A stretch of DNA of 64,000 nt from Cyanophora paradoxa CCMP329 (Eukaryota > Plantae > Glaucophyta): the NCBI GenBank assembly GCA_004431415.1, contig QPMI01000277.1, forward strand, positions 1 to 64,000, read 5' to 3'. Below, piece after piece: positions 1 to 14,405 of the stretch. Position 1 is the first letter of the stretch. Every line of letters begins with the position of its first letter. Under the pieces are notes generated by a model. The model searched no databases. It had not been told where the DNA came from and was given only the letters and a program-made list of their open reading frames with translations. Made by a program: the position numbers and the translations under genes.

Positions 1-91
1 GAGGAGACTTCTCGACTGGATAATCTGTCACAAAGGTGGGCTGCTGCAGCGTGGCCTCGCAACGCTCCTCGAAGACGTGATTCAGGACCTC
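1..91 (-). pseudogene. Duplicated fragment of the LysRS gene (continues off the left edge)
   Basis: Identical to 3168-3258 (exon encoding [30 protein letters not shown]). Identity stops abruptly at 92. Confidence 0.9.
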
Positions 92-214
92 GCCTGGCCT
101 CTGCTGTGCGTCTTTTGATTTCGATTACGATTGCAGTGCATCTTTGAAAAGCGGTTAAAATCTGATTATGCAAAGAGGACGAGAAAACATTCTAGCTAGC
201 TAATCGGCGACGCT

Positions 215-543
215 TCAATGGTGGCCGTGCGCATCGCCGTGGCTGTGCGCGTCGCCGTGACCGTGCGCGCTCTTCTTCTTGGAAAACGCGAAGTCCGCCA
301 CGAGGTAGATGGAGAAGGCGACGACCGCGATGCCGAAGCCGGGGAACATGTGGCGGATCTGAGGATTGAGCCGCGGGTGTTTCCGCCACTCCTCATTACC
401 CTGCGCAACGGGCAGTCAGCCACGCAGCGGTTCAGCGACGCAGCGCGGCGCCGCCGCGTGGAGTTGACATTAGGGGGGCGAGGCTGCGCCGCGGACGCTG
501 CTAAATGGGTGCTCTTGGCAGGCCGACGGACCGAGAACGTCAT
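215..543 (-). CDS. NDUFB3: NADH:ubiquinone oxidoreductase subunit B12 (NDUFB3), spliced
   Basis: A frame missing from the ORF track reads GNEEWRKHPRLNPQIRHMFPGFGIAVVAFSIYLVADFAFSKKKSAHGHGDAHSHGDAHGHH*, matching the plant B12 motif EWRKHP...RHxxPGxGI plus a TM helix. TGA at 215-217. ATG at 543 and the 5' exons are tentative. Confidence 0.85.
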
Positions 544-847
544 GGCTAGCTGCGCCTGCTTGCCTGTGCAAAGCAAGCGTACCCCCCACCCCGCCTACCG
601 GGCCCTGCCCGGCCCTGCCCGGCCCTGCCGCCTGCGGCCCTGCGCCGGCCCTGCGGCCTGCGGCCTCGCGCGCAGGTCCGGGCTCGTCAACACTAGCTAC
701 AGTCACGCGACGCTAACTTGGCGCGGGCGAACTCATCGAGCTGCGGCCGCGGCAATACTAGAGCGGCCGGAGCGGCCCGCGCGCGTGCGCCCTCGCGCGC
801 GCCGCGCCGAGCGCCGAGCGTCGCCACGCCGAGTTCGAGGGCACCTT

Positions 848-1481
848 CGGGCGCTCACCTTGGTGGAGGCTCGTCGATTGATTTCGATCTTAACATCCGC
901 GCCCGGTGCATGCGGGCGCTCACCTTGGTGGAGGCTCGTCGATTGATTTCGATCTTAACATCCGCGCCCGGTGCATGCGGGCGCTCACCTTGGTGGAGGC
1001 TCGTCGATTGATTTCGATCTTAACATCGCGCCCGGTGCATGCGGGCGCTCACCTTGGTGGAGGCTCGTCGATTGATTTCGATCTTAACATCCGCGCCCGG
1101 TGCATGCGGGCGCTCACCTTGGTGGAGGCTCGTCGATTGATTTCGATCTTAACATCCGCGCCCGGTGCATGCGGGCGCTCACCTTGGTGGAGGCTCGTCG
1201 ATTGATTTCGATCTTAACATCCGCGCCCGGTGCATGCGGGCGCTCACCTTGGTGGAGGCTCGTCGATTGATTTCGATCTTAACATCCGCGCCCGGTGCAT
1301 GCGGGCGCTCACCTTGGTGGAGGCTCGTCGATTGATTTCGATCTTAACATCCGCGCCCGGTGCATGCGGGCGCTCACCTTGGTGGAGGCTCGTCGATTGA
1401 TTTCGATCTTAACACCCGCGCCCGGTGCATGCGGGCGCTCACCTTGGTGGAGGCTCGTCGATTGATTTCGATCTTAACACC
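848..1481. repeat. Tandem array of a 65-bp unit, about 9.7 near-identical copies
   Basis: Unit gcgctcaccttggtggaggctcgtcgattgatttcgatcttaacatccgcgcccggtgcatgcgg starts at 851, 916, 981, 1045, 1110, 1175, 1240, 1305, 1370 and 1435. No spacers. Confidence 0.97.
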
Positions 1482-1788
1482 GCTCACGCCGCCCAGGCTT
1501 ACAGCGCCCTCGGCGCGCGCGCGCGCGGCCTGAATTCAACGATAACCTTAGAATTCGCTGACATTATCCTCCAGCTTCGCTTCCGCGCATGAGCTCGTCG
1601 AATTTGAAGCAGCGCTGCGGCACCCCTGGCGCTCCCTTGCGCGGCTCGAGCCTCTCCCGAGCCTCAAAGATTCCCCCGCGCGCGCATTAATATTCCCGAA
1701 TTCAAATTCGCGATCGCAGCTCGGGCCACGCTCAGCAGCGCTTCGAATTCAGAGCGCCACCTCCCGTGCCGTCTCGGGTGCAAAGGTT

Positions 1789-1857
1789 GAATTCTGCCTG
1801 TATGCGTGCTCTTTCTAAGCTACGGGCGCGCGGGACCACTCCTAGACCGTCAACGCT
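1789..1857 (+). repeat. Short dispersed repeat, copy 1 (others at about 2193-2265 and 7029-7110)
   Basis: Shared core tgaattc...gtatgc..(g)tgctctttctaagctac. Copies 1 and 3 continue gggcgcgc(gcgc)gggaccactcctagaccgtcaacgct. Confidence 0.85.
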
Positions 1858-1999
1858 CAAAGCTCGTCAGCATCGCTCACAGGCCAAAAAATCCACAAGA
1901 AATAACGAGAATCAGTTCAAATAGCGTGAACTGATTTCACGCGCCGCCTTGCGCAGGCTCCCTCGAGCTCCTGCTGGCCCATGCCGTGCTGCAATCTTC

Positions 2000-2113
2000 G
2001 GCCCTGCATCTAGGTGCCGGAGAGAGCGCACTCTGTCCCTCAAGGGGGCCTTTCTGGGCCCTGCATCTAGGTGCCGGAAAGAGCGCACTCTGTCCCTCAA
2101 GGGGGCCTTTCTG
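2000..2113. repeat. 57-bp direct tandem duplication
   Basis: ggccctgcatctaggtgccggaRagagcgcactctgtccctcaagggggcctttctg occurs twice with one mismatch. Confidence 0.95.
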
Positions 2114-2269
2114 GATGGCGGGCTGGGCGCGCGGCGCTCTTAGTGGTCCAATCCCACGAACTGCGCCGCGGCGCATGCAGCCCGAAACTTTTTGAATTCG
2201 AAAGATGAGACTCTGAGATCCGTCTATCATGTTCCGGTCCATGTCGTATGCTCTTTCTAAGCTACATCA

Positions 2270-2510
2270 GGTGATGCTGATGCTAATCGTAATACTTGTC
2301 TAGCTGATGCTTGGAGCTGATCGTAATTTTATAATCGTAATTCTTGTCTAGCTGATCGTAATCGTAATTCTTGTCTAGCTGATGCTTGCCAAGTTGGAGC
2401 TGATCGTAATCGTAATTCCAGATCTTGTCTAGCTGATCGTAATCGTAATTCTTGTCTAGCTGATGCTTGCCAAGTTGGAGCTGATCGTAATCGTAATTCC
2501 AGATCTCCTA
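2270..2510. repeat. Modular (ATCGTA)n-containing minisatellite
   Basis: Modules tcgtaatcgtaatt, cttgtctagctga and tgcttgccaagttggagctga are reiterated, including an approximately 82-bp perfect duplication. Confidence 0.9.
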
Positions 2511-2706
2511 ATGATGTGCCAACTAAAACTATCGGTTTCTAAACCATCGACTACGGTATCAGTATCGGTTTCTGAACTATCGACTATGAGGCCGAACCCG
2601 AACTTTGCTATTTAGTTCGAGTACAACGCTCGATTCTAGTAGTTAGTGCTGCAGCTGGTCACCATGGCCAAACAAATTTCCGATAACAGGGACACACTAC
2701 CTGACA

Positions 2707-5140
<2,434 letters not shown>

Positions 5141-5418
5141 CAAGCAGCGAAACGCGATGGCGCCGACGGTACCCCTGTCTTCGCTTCTCAGACCTCTGAG
5201 AACTTCTCTCAGCTTCTCTGAGCTTCCCTCAGCTTTTCTAGATCTGTGAAGCCGCCGGACCGGGCTAGCGCTACTGCTGCAACTGCACCTGCACCGCAAG
5301 TGCTGTGCTTTGGACACGAACTACATCGCAACGTTACAAGCTTAAAGGCAACGCCCGTAATATAAGCGCGTACTTGGCGCACTCGCTCCCGGTTTGCGGC
5401 GTTCTTATTGAGCACTAC

Positions 5419-6207
5419 ATGATGCGGCGTGCGGCGCTCGCATTGTCCGCGAGGACAGCTGGGACGCTGCCGGCCCGCGCTCTCCTCGCGCCGAGGGCGG
5501 CGGGTCTACCGCTCGAGCGCGCATCGGCGATCGTGCCGCGTGCGTACGCTTCCGGCGGAATCATGGACGAGGTGCACGAACCGTCCGCCGCACGCCTCTC
5601 CCGCTGCTGACGCGCCGAAGGTCAATCTGCTCGGCGCTGACGGCAACATGGCGACGCTCATCGACGGCTACAGCGCGCAGTCCTTCACAGTCAACGGGCT
5701 CGGTGCCGCGCCTTTCCGGCTGCGCTGCAACCCACTTGCATTACACATGCGCTCCTGCAGACGTTTTCGAGCCTGTCCTCCTTTTCCACAAGTTCTTTGT
5801 GCTCTGGAACGTGCGGCGGGCGGAGGACCTCAGCGCTGCCGCCTTGGCCCTGGTTCCGCTCGTGAAACCGAAGCCAGGTCCCCCCGCGCCTCATGCACTG
5901 CGCACCTGCCTGCTCTGTATTGAGGTTTTGTTTTACAGAGTTTCTTATCATCGGCGCGGGCAAGAGCGGTGTGCCAATGCCTGCAGAACTCCGGCAGTTC
6001 TCGAAGGACTGGAGGATCAGTATCGAGATCATGAGCACGGTGTGTTGCCGTATTGTGTGTACTGCTCTTCATCGGAACTTCTCTGCTCTGACCTTCTTCT
6101 ATCAGGCACATGCGTGCTCGACATTCAACGTGCTAAATCAAGAAGGGCGACGAGTAGCAGCCGCTCTGTTGCTGGAAGACACAGCCACTAAAGGTCCTGT
6201 CATGTGA
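5419..6207 (+). CDS. NDUFAF3: Complex I assembly factor NDUFAF3 (Mth938 domain) with mitochondrial presequence
   Basis: Spliced product contains LIDGYSAQSFTVNG, PKPEFLIIGAG and IEIMSTAHACSTFNVLNQEGRRVAAALL. Arg/Ala/Leu-rich N-terminus. Confidence 0.92.
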
Positions 6208-7439
6208 AACTTGGCTTTTTATAGATTACAAATGCGGTTTACGGTGCTTGGACCGGAATGGAGCCTGACTGCAGGGGGAAGGGCGAACCCGCACGTCCAC
6301 CTGAACGGAGGGCCCTGTCTGTTTGAACGTACCCCCCCAAATTCACTCGTTCAACTAGCTCGTTCACTCCAGCCCGATGCCGATGGACATCGCCTCTGCC
6401 GACCTGCCGATGACCATTATCCAAGACCCTGACCTCGACCCTTTTCCTTATCTCCCAGACCTCCGCCCAGGCCTTGAGAACCTTGCACGTGCACTGGTGG
6501 ACTTCCCCGCCCCTGTCGCCCTGGACAGTCTTCGTTCTCCACCACCAGCGCTCGCTGTAAACATGGGGAACTATCCCTTCAGATGCCCAGCGCTAGCGTT
6601 TCCAATGTGCTCCGGCATTTTTGCTAATAGGAGAGCCCAAAGTGCTCATCTTCGCACACCCGAGTACAGACATCACGCTGTATGACAAGCTTCATCTGTC
6701 CAATATTGCAATACTATGATACAGCATCTGCAGGAGGAGCAGCGCAGCAGGGGCTTCGCGTCCTAGGCCTTGCCAGTACCACGGTACGTATACAGTGCAG
6801 TGGCCGATCGCGATCGTGATGCTCCGGATCCGGCTATCTATCTCTGCCGCAGTCCAGCCGGCGCCCACTACCACGAACTGCAGCTGCGCCGGCGCCAGCC
6901 GCTGAGCTTAAGCTTAAGCTTGCGCCAGCTGGGTGGCTGCGCATGCGGTCACTACTCAATCACGTGCGCGTGAAGTATACGTACGCGTATACGTACAACC
7001 AACCTCGCTGAGTCATGATCAAACCAAATGAATTCGAAAGACCAGTATGCCGCAGTGCTCTTTCTAAGCTACGGGCGCGCGCGCGGGACCACTCCTAGAC
7101 CGTCAACGCTTTAACTATACCCGTGCTGTTCGGGGTGAGAGCGTAACCCGCAGGGACTGGTGCCCTGATGGAAAAAAGGGAATCGGAGCCGAGCCTAGCT
7201 ACGAGCCGAGCAGGCGCTTCGCGTCCACGCCGGTGCCGTAGCGGATGAAGATGCTCCCGGAGTCCTGCGAGAACGATTACGATTACGATCCGAAGTACGA
7301 TCGTAATCACGGTTGCGGCGGGCTATATGCGGGGGGAGCCCTGGCCTGATTACGATTACGATTACGATCGGGCGGGGCTAGGCGGCTGCTGGCCCCCTCG
7401 CTTTGGGGGCGGGGGCTAGGAGGCGAGCTCTGGTCAAGA

Positions 7440-8458
<1,019 letters not shown>

Positions 8459-8826
8459 ATGATGTGTCCAATGTGCACTTGCCCGGCCGTGTCCAACCCT
8501 CAAATTTTAAATCAAAGCCCATCCGTTGAACCTCAAACCTACGCCTCGTGCAGAACCCAGACCGCGCTGCGTATCCTGAAAGAGCAACCCAAGGGGCCCC
8601 GAAAGAAATTATTAACCCTTCAGCAAGGACGATCAGTGTTGAGTGTGCCCCAATAGCCCAGTCGCCCCAGACCTGCCCCCAGCTGGTTTCGTGGAGAGCC
8701 ACCCATAAAAGATATGCGCTCAAAGCACGGCCCTCTAGTGGCAGATGTGCTTTGCGCAAGAAAAGCAAGGTCGTCTCTTTGGCAGCAGCAGGTGATGGAA
8801 CCGGAAGGCAAGAACTAGCGCGCGAT

Positions 8827-9595
8827 CTACTCGCGGGCCTCGCCACGGCCACGGCCGAAACCGCCACGGCCACCGCCGAAGCCGCGGCCCTCGCCGCCCG
8901 CACCACGGCCGAAGCCACGGCCAGCACCGGCGCCAACCTGCAAGCTGGCACTCAGCACGAGCAAGCACATTCGCAGTTTCATCTCAAAGAGCGTACGAAG
9001 CCGGGCTGGTAGTCGCCCTCCGGGCCGACCTTCTTCTCGCCATCGTCGCGGCGCGGGCCGCCACGGTAGCCCTCGCTAAAACACACGGCGGCGGTCAGCG
9101 CCCGGCGCTTGCGGGGCTCAGATGAAGACGAACCGGTCGCCGGGGCCGCGCGGGCGGTCCTCGTAGCGGCGGGGCCGGTCCTCCGCGCCGGGGCGGGTCG
9201 GAGGGCGGGTGGCCTTCTTGAGGGTGGCGGGCACGACGTCCGCGGGGAGGTGGAGGTACTCGCGGAGGAACTCAATGCCCTCGTTGGTGAGGAACCAGTA
9301 GTAGTACTGCCAGCTGAACCGCTCCTTCACGTACTCCTTCGACTTCATCGACTGGAGGAGCTTGATCACGTGGAGGTTGGGCACATCGAGGTCGGGGTGC
9401 TTCGTAAGAACGTAGTCCTTCTTCGCGTACATCACGCCCTCTGCGGCATGCGCTGTGAGCGGCAGAGTCCGCGGCTCGACGCGCGGGCAGCGACGTTCGA
9501 GATCGCGAGCTAGCTCGGGGCTTGAGAGCGCTGCCAGCCGCACCCTGGAAGAGGGCGGTGTAGACCGCGATCCGGTCCTTCTTGTTGACGATCAT
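8827..9595 (-). CDS. RPS10: 40S ribosomal protein S10 (eS10)
   Basis: [17 protein letters not shown]|EGVMYAKKD...[53 protein letters not shown] with an RGG-rich tail. Three introns. Confidence 0.97.
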
Positions 9596-10170
9596 TGCTG
9601 CCTGCGACCTGCGGCGGCAGCGATGCGCGCTCCTCAGCGATCTGCTTGGGGTATGAAATCTAGCTTTAACGGTGCATCGCCGGCTGCTGCCCCTTCGTCT
9701 CGCGACGCCACGCCGTCCCGCCGCGCACCTTTCCAATGCCGGTACCCCCTGCCCGTATTCCTCTACCCCCCGCAAGACCCAGTGTAAGAATTCGAAGACA
9801 ATCGATATCACCCATACTCAGAGTCTCATGATCACTCGTTACGTGCACGCATCGCTCGCTACGCGAGTGCCCGCGCCCCCGAGTGGCACGGTACTCGTCC
9901 GGGTCCCGGAGTCCTGGAGCTCCGGAGTCGCCGCATATGTGCATGCGCATGTGCATGTACATATGTGCACAGCGCACGAAACGCGAATCGGAATGTAGCT
10001 GGAGCTGTGCAGCTGCGTGGGCCCGGCCGCGGGTGCCATGGCGGGGTACATCCGGTCCGGCTTCAGAAGGGGTACAGGGCAAAAAGGTGCGCAGGTGTCC
10101 GAGCGTACTCCGCTGCTTGCGAGACTCACGTTACCTTTCGCATTCGGTTCGTTGAGAGTAGACAGCAACA

Positions 10171-10878
<708 letters not shown>

Positions 10879-11436
10879 AATCTAGACTCCCTTGTCGGAA
10901 GCCCCCGGCCCCATTGCCGTCTTTATGAATGGTACCCTCTGCACGCCACATTGCAGCGCGCGCTCCCTGAAAGTCGGGGTGCGCTCTCGCACGGAGGCCA
11001 GCATGTCTTTTGCCTTTTCTTTCTTGTGCCTTGGGGTCAGACGGGATTGGATTTTGAATAGCGGTTGGATTTCGATAACAGGTTGGATTTTGATCGAGTC
11101 TTTGGATGCATATGGTTGAATCTGGGGTTGGGTTGCGTATACGAAGCCTAAGCTTGAGGTCGGACGTCTTTGATTGCTATTTAATTTATCGATTGCAATT
11201 GAGCTCGAGGGTTGTCCGTCGCCGACGATCGCGAAGCTTAAGCCTCGGGTCTGACGTTTGTGACTGCCGCAGTGCGATTACGATTGGGGGTTGGACGCCG
11301 TGACGGGAAGTTGAGCTGTTTCTAAATGCTGGATCCCGGAGCTCACAGCTGAGATTTGTGTTTGGATTGGAATTCAGAGTCCAGAATTAGCATGGAAATG
11401 CTAGCTATACAACAGAGATTGTTGTAGGGACAATTG

Positions 11437-14120
11437 CTACTCGAAATAGTTCCAGTCCTCACCGTATCGGAAGACGTACTCTCTGTCAAAGGAGTTTCTG
11501 GCACGCTCCTCCGGTGTTAGAGACTCTGGATCGATTGACTTGGTTGCCGTGAGGAGCCGTGACTCTTCAATGAAGGGGATGAGCGCCAAGCCCTCCCATG
11601 AATTCCGCTTGCCAACCATGTCGATCGCAAAAGATGCTGTGGAGAAATCAGACATATGCAATCGTTAGAATGTGTTGGAGACAATGATTCATGACGGACT
11701 ATCATAGAAGTCGGCGATTGGCGAAGCATCTTCCAGCATGAGGGCCTGGTAGGGAGACGGCAGCTGAGATGAGGACGCTGCTGGGAGAACACTCAGCAGC
11801 TGCTGGAATGGCAAAAATGGCTCTCCTGGATCAAAGTCCATCTTGAACTTCGAGATGTTCTTCAGTTCTAACGAGGAAAATCAGCCAGCTCTCGCATGTG
11901 CCACGATACAAACCGAACCTGCAGCGAGGGGGGCATAGTGGTACGGGAAGAACCAGTTCCAAGAAGCGACGCCATGATAGTAGTAGTGAAGCATCCACGC
12001 AAGACCTTCTACATAGGAGCGCACTAAATCTCGTCGCTGCTGTGACGACTTGGCACCATGCCCCTGCTCTAATTAGAAAATTTTCACGTTGTTCTGATTT
12101 TGAGAGCTTACCCTACCAAATCCAAGCTTCTCCGCGTAGTAGCGCTGGTGCCAGACGTGATCATCTTCAATGACGACCTGTTGCCTGTCGGTGCTGCTTG
12201 GCTGAGAGCCTGCACGTCTGGCTGGTGACCTCCCTAACGAAGCACCAGCTGGTGCTGTTGCAGTCGACTGTGAAGCTGTCTGATTCATTGACGATGCTGC
12301 CGAAGAAGCTGGCCTGCTGAAAGCACTAGGTGGTACACTCATTGAACGCCCCCGTGGCCCCTTCCTGGAGGCCGCAGGTGCTGTTGCTGCTGGACTTGCT
12401 GTTCCGCCATTTGATGGTCCCTGCGTGGAAGGCGAGTAGTCACTGCTTGAGCGACTCGATTCGCCCTGCTGCCGTGGTTGCCGCATTTCGCGCCCTTGTC
12501 CTGGGGGGGCAGACGCAGAGCGTGGCCGGGATGTTGGTTCCAGCCCAGTGATCTGGCCTGGGGGAGCGCTGATGCGAATCGGGGTGTACGCAACAATCGC
12601 GCTCGGACCCTTGACGTATCTTTCCAGGGCCCTGAAGTCTCGTCAGACTTCAAGCGAAAAGTATTATTAATAGCATAGAAGCGTGCCTGCGAACGAACTC
12701 GTCCCGCTCAAGCACTGCAAGGCGCTCACAGAACTTCTCCAGGCGCTTGAGGTCAATGTATCCGTTGTCCGTCATATACCCTCCGAAAGTCGGCAATAGC
12801 TCTTCATAGATTTGCATGACTTTGTCCAAACCCCCTGTAAAGAACAGTGAGCGGTATTTGTCAGATTTAACGGCGAAATTACCTGTAGGGATGTCGGCCG
12901 CTGGAAGGTGCGGCAAAAAGTCATTCCCCATAAAGTAGCAAAGGAAAACGAAGTCATCAACGATGCGCTCCAGATCGTAACCGAACGAGAGCCCTGGCCT
13001 CCAGAAGTCCTGATCGAGGTTGTCTCGCAGTCGAGGCATCATCAACAATAAGAACGGAGGCGACTTCAGCACCAAAGGACTCGTCAGTGTGAAAAATGTT
13101 GAGAAATGGCGGACGGCTCACTTGTGAACGGTTACCGGACCCTCTTCTCTGACTGCGCCAGGTGATGTCTTCTCGAAGAAGAGCAAACTACGTAGGATTT
13201 CAACGACCCGATCAAAAACAGATATCAGAGAGAAACGAACATGTCGCTCGTGCGTCACCAGGCCCAGCATGATCAGGTCGGCGTCAAGCCCGTACAAGCA
13301 GTGAGTTTCCGCAGGGTTATAAGTGGGTTCCTTCTTTCTTCGTCTTATAAAATCCATAATCTTGTGCTCTCCCTCGCCAGGAACCTGCAAAGCTAGTTAG
13401 GGGACGCCAGTGAAAGAAGTTTCTCCAAGCACCTCGTGCCCTGAGTAAATGACGGTAACTGATTTCCACTTCTCGTTGTCACGTATCCGGTTGAGTATAT
13501 ATGTCTTGACGGCCGTCGAAAGGCGCGCCATAAACGGCGTGCCGGGAGTGATGCAGTTCGAGTCGAAGATCGCCGCCGATGCCCAACCCGCGCCCCGCCG
13601 CCGCTGCTCCTGCATGAGGAGGTCCTGCATCTCCTTGGCCGCCTTGAAACGCCGCTGCCGTTGCTGGTTCATCTTGGCCCGCGGCGCTACACCTAGCGGA
13701 GGGTCAGGAGCGCCGCCGTACGCCCCCACACGAGCAGCACCGTCGACAGCTATGAAGAGGAGCTTCTTCGGATTCGCAATCTCGAAGAGGCGATCAATGG
13801 AAGCGAAAATCGCGGTGAACATCTCCTCCTCCGAGGGGACGTCGAGCGGGTCGCGGTCTGGGGGATGCGTGCACTGATGGATGATGCCGTTCATGTCTGC
13901 GGGCACGCGGCAGTTTAACCGGCGCGGCAACGACAACGTGGGGTTGCGCGTGCCTAGGTACAGGCTGTCGAACGAGGGCAGGCGCTTGCTCGATATGCGC
14001 TCCACGATGTTGGGGTAGCTGATCGCAGCGATCAGCGCGCGCGAGGAGAAACGCTGCGCATCGAAAAAGGGGAGCTGCGCACCGATCGACCAGCCATCTG
14101 TAGAATCGCGGAACTCCCAT
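11437..14120 (-). CDS. XRN: 5'-3' exoribonuclease, XRN family
   Basis: [108 protein letters not shown] and [17 protein letters not shown]. Confidence 0.95.
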
Positions 14121-14405
14121 CGCTCAGCGGTTACCTTCTCGCCCGCGGGCCCCGCCGCCTTTCGGCCCGCTGCTCGGCCCGCTGCTCGACGCGCTGCCCG
14201 CCCCGCTGCTCGAAGCGCTGCTCTCCGTCGCGCTGCTCCAGGTCTCGCCTTCCTCCAACTTCAGCTATTTCCTGCGCTCGACACTCCGATCTCAAGGGCA
14301 GCTGGCCGCACCCGCCCCGCAGACAGGGCCGCAGTGTCGCGAGGGGTAGACGGAAGTCCTTGGGGTAGGAGACGCTTCCCGCTGCCGCCCCAGCCGTCAC
14401 TGCGC

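Noticed and set aside
718-1205. ORFs over the 65-bp array
   Set aside because: The unit length is not a multiple of 3, so the translations just cycle through frames.
848-1481. CRISPR array
   Set aside because: Units are contiguous and near-identical with no unique spacers, there are no cas genes, and the context is eukaryotic.
2270-2510. Interstitial telomeric repeat
   Set aside because: The GATTAC unit lacks the G-run of typical telomere repeats and occurs only in 2-3 copy runs within larger modules.
6211-6685. ORF MPMDIASADLP... as a gene or TE protein
   Set aside because: Protein-like, but no recognisable motif or splice pattern. It may be a TE remnant and cannot be supported.
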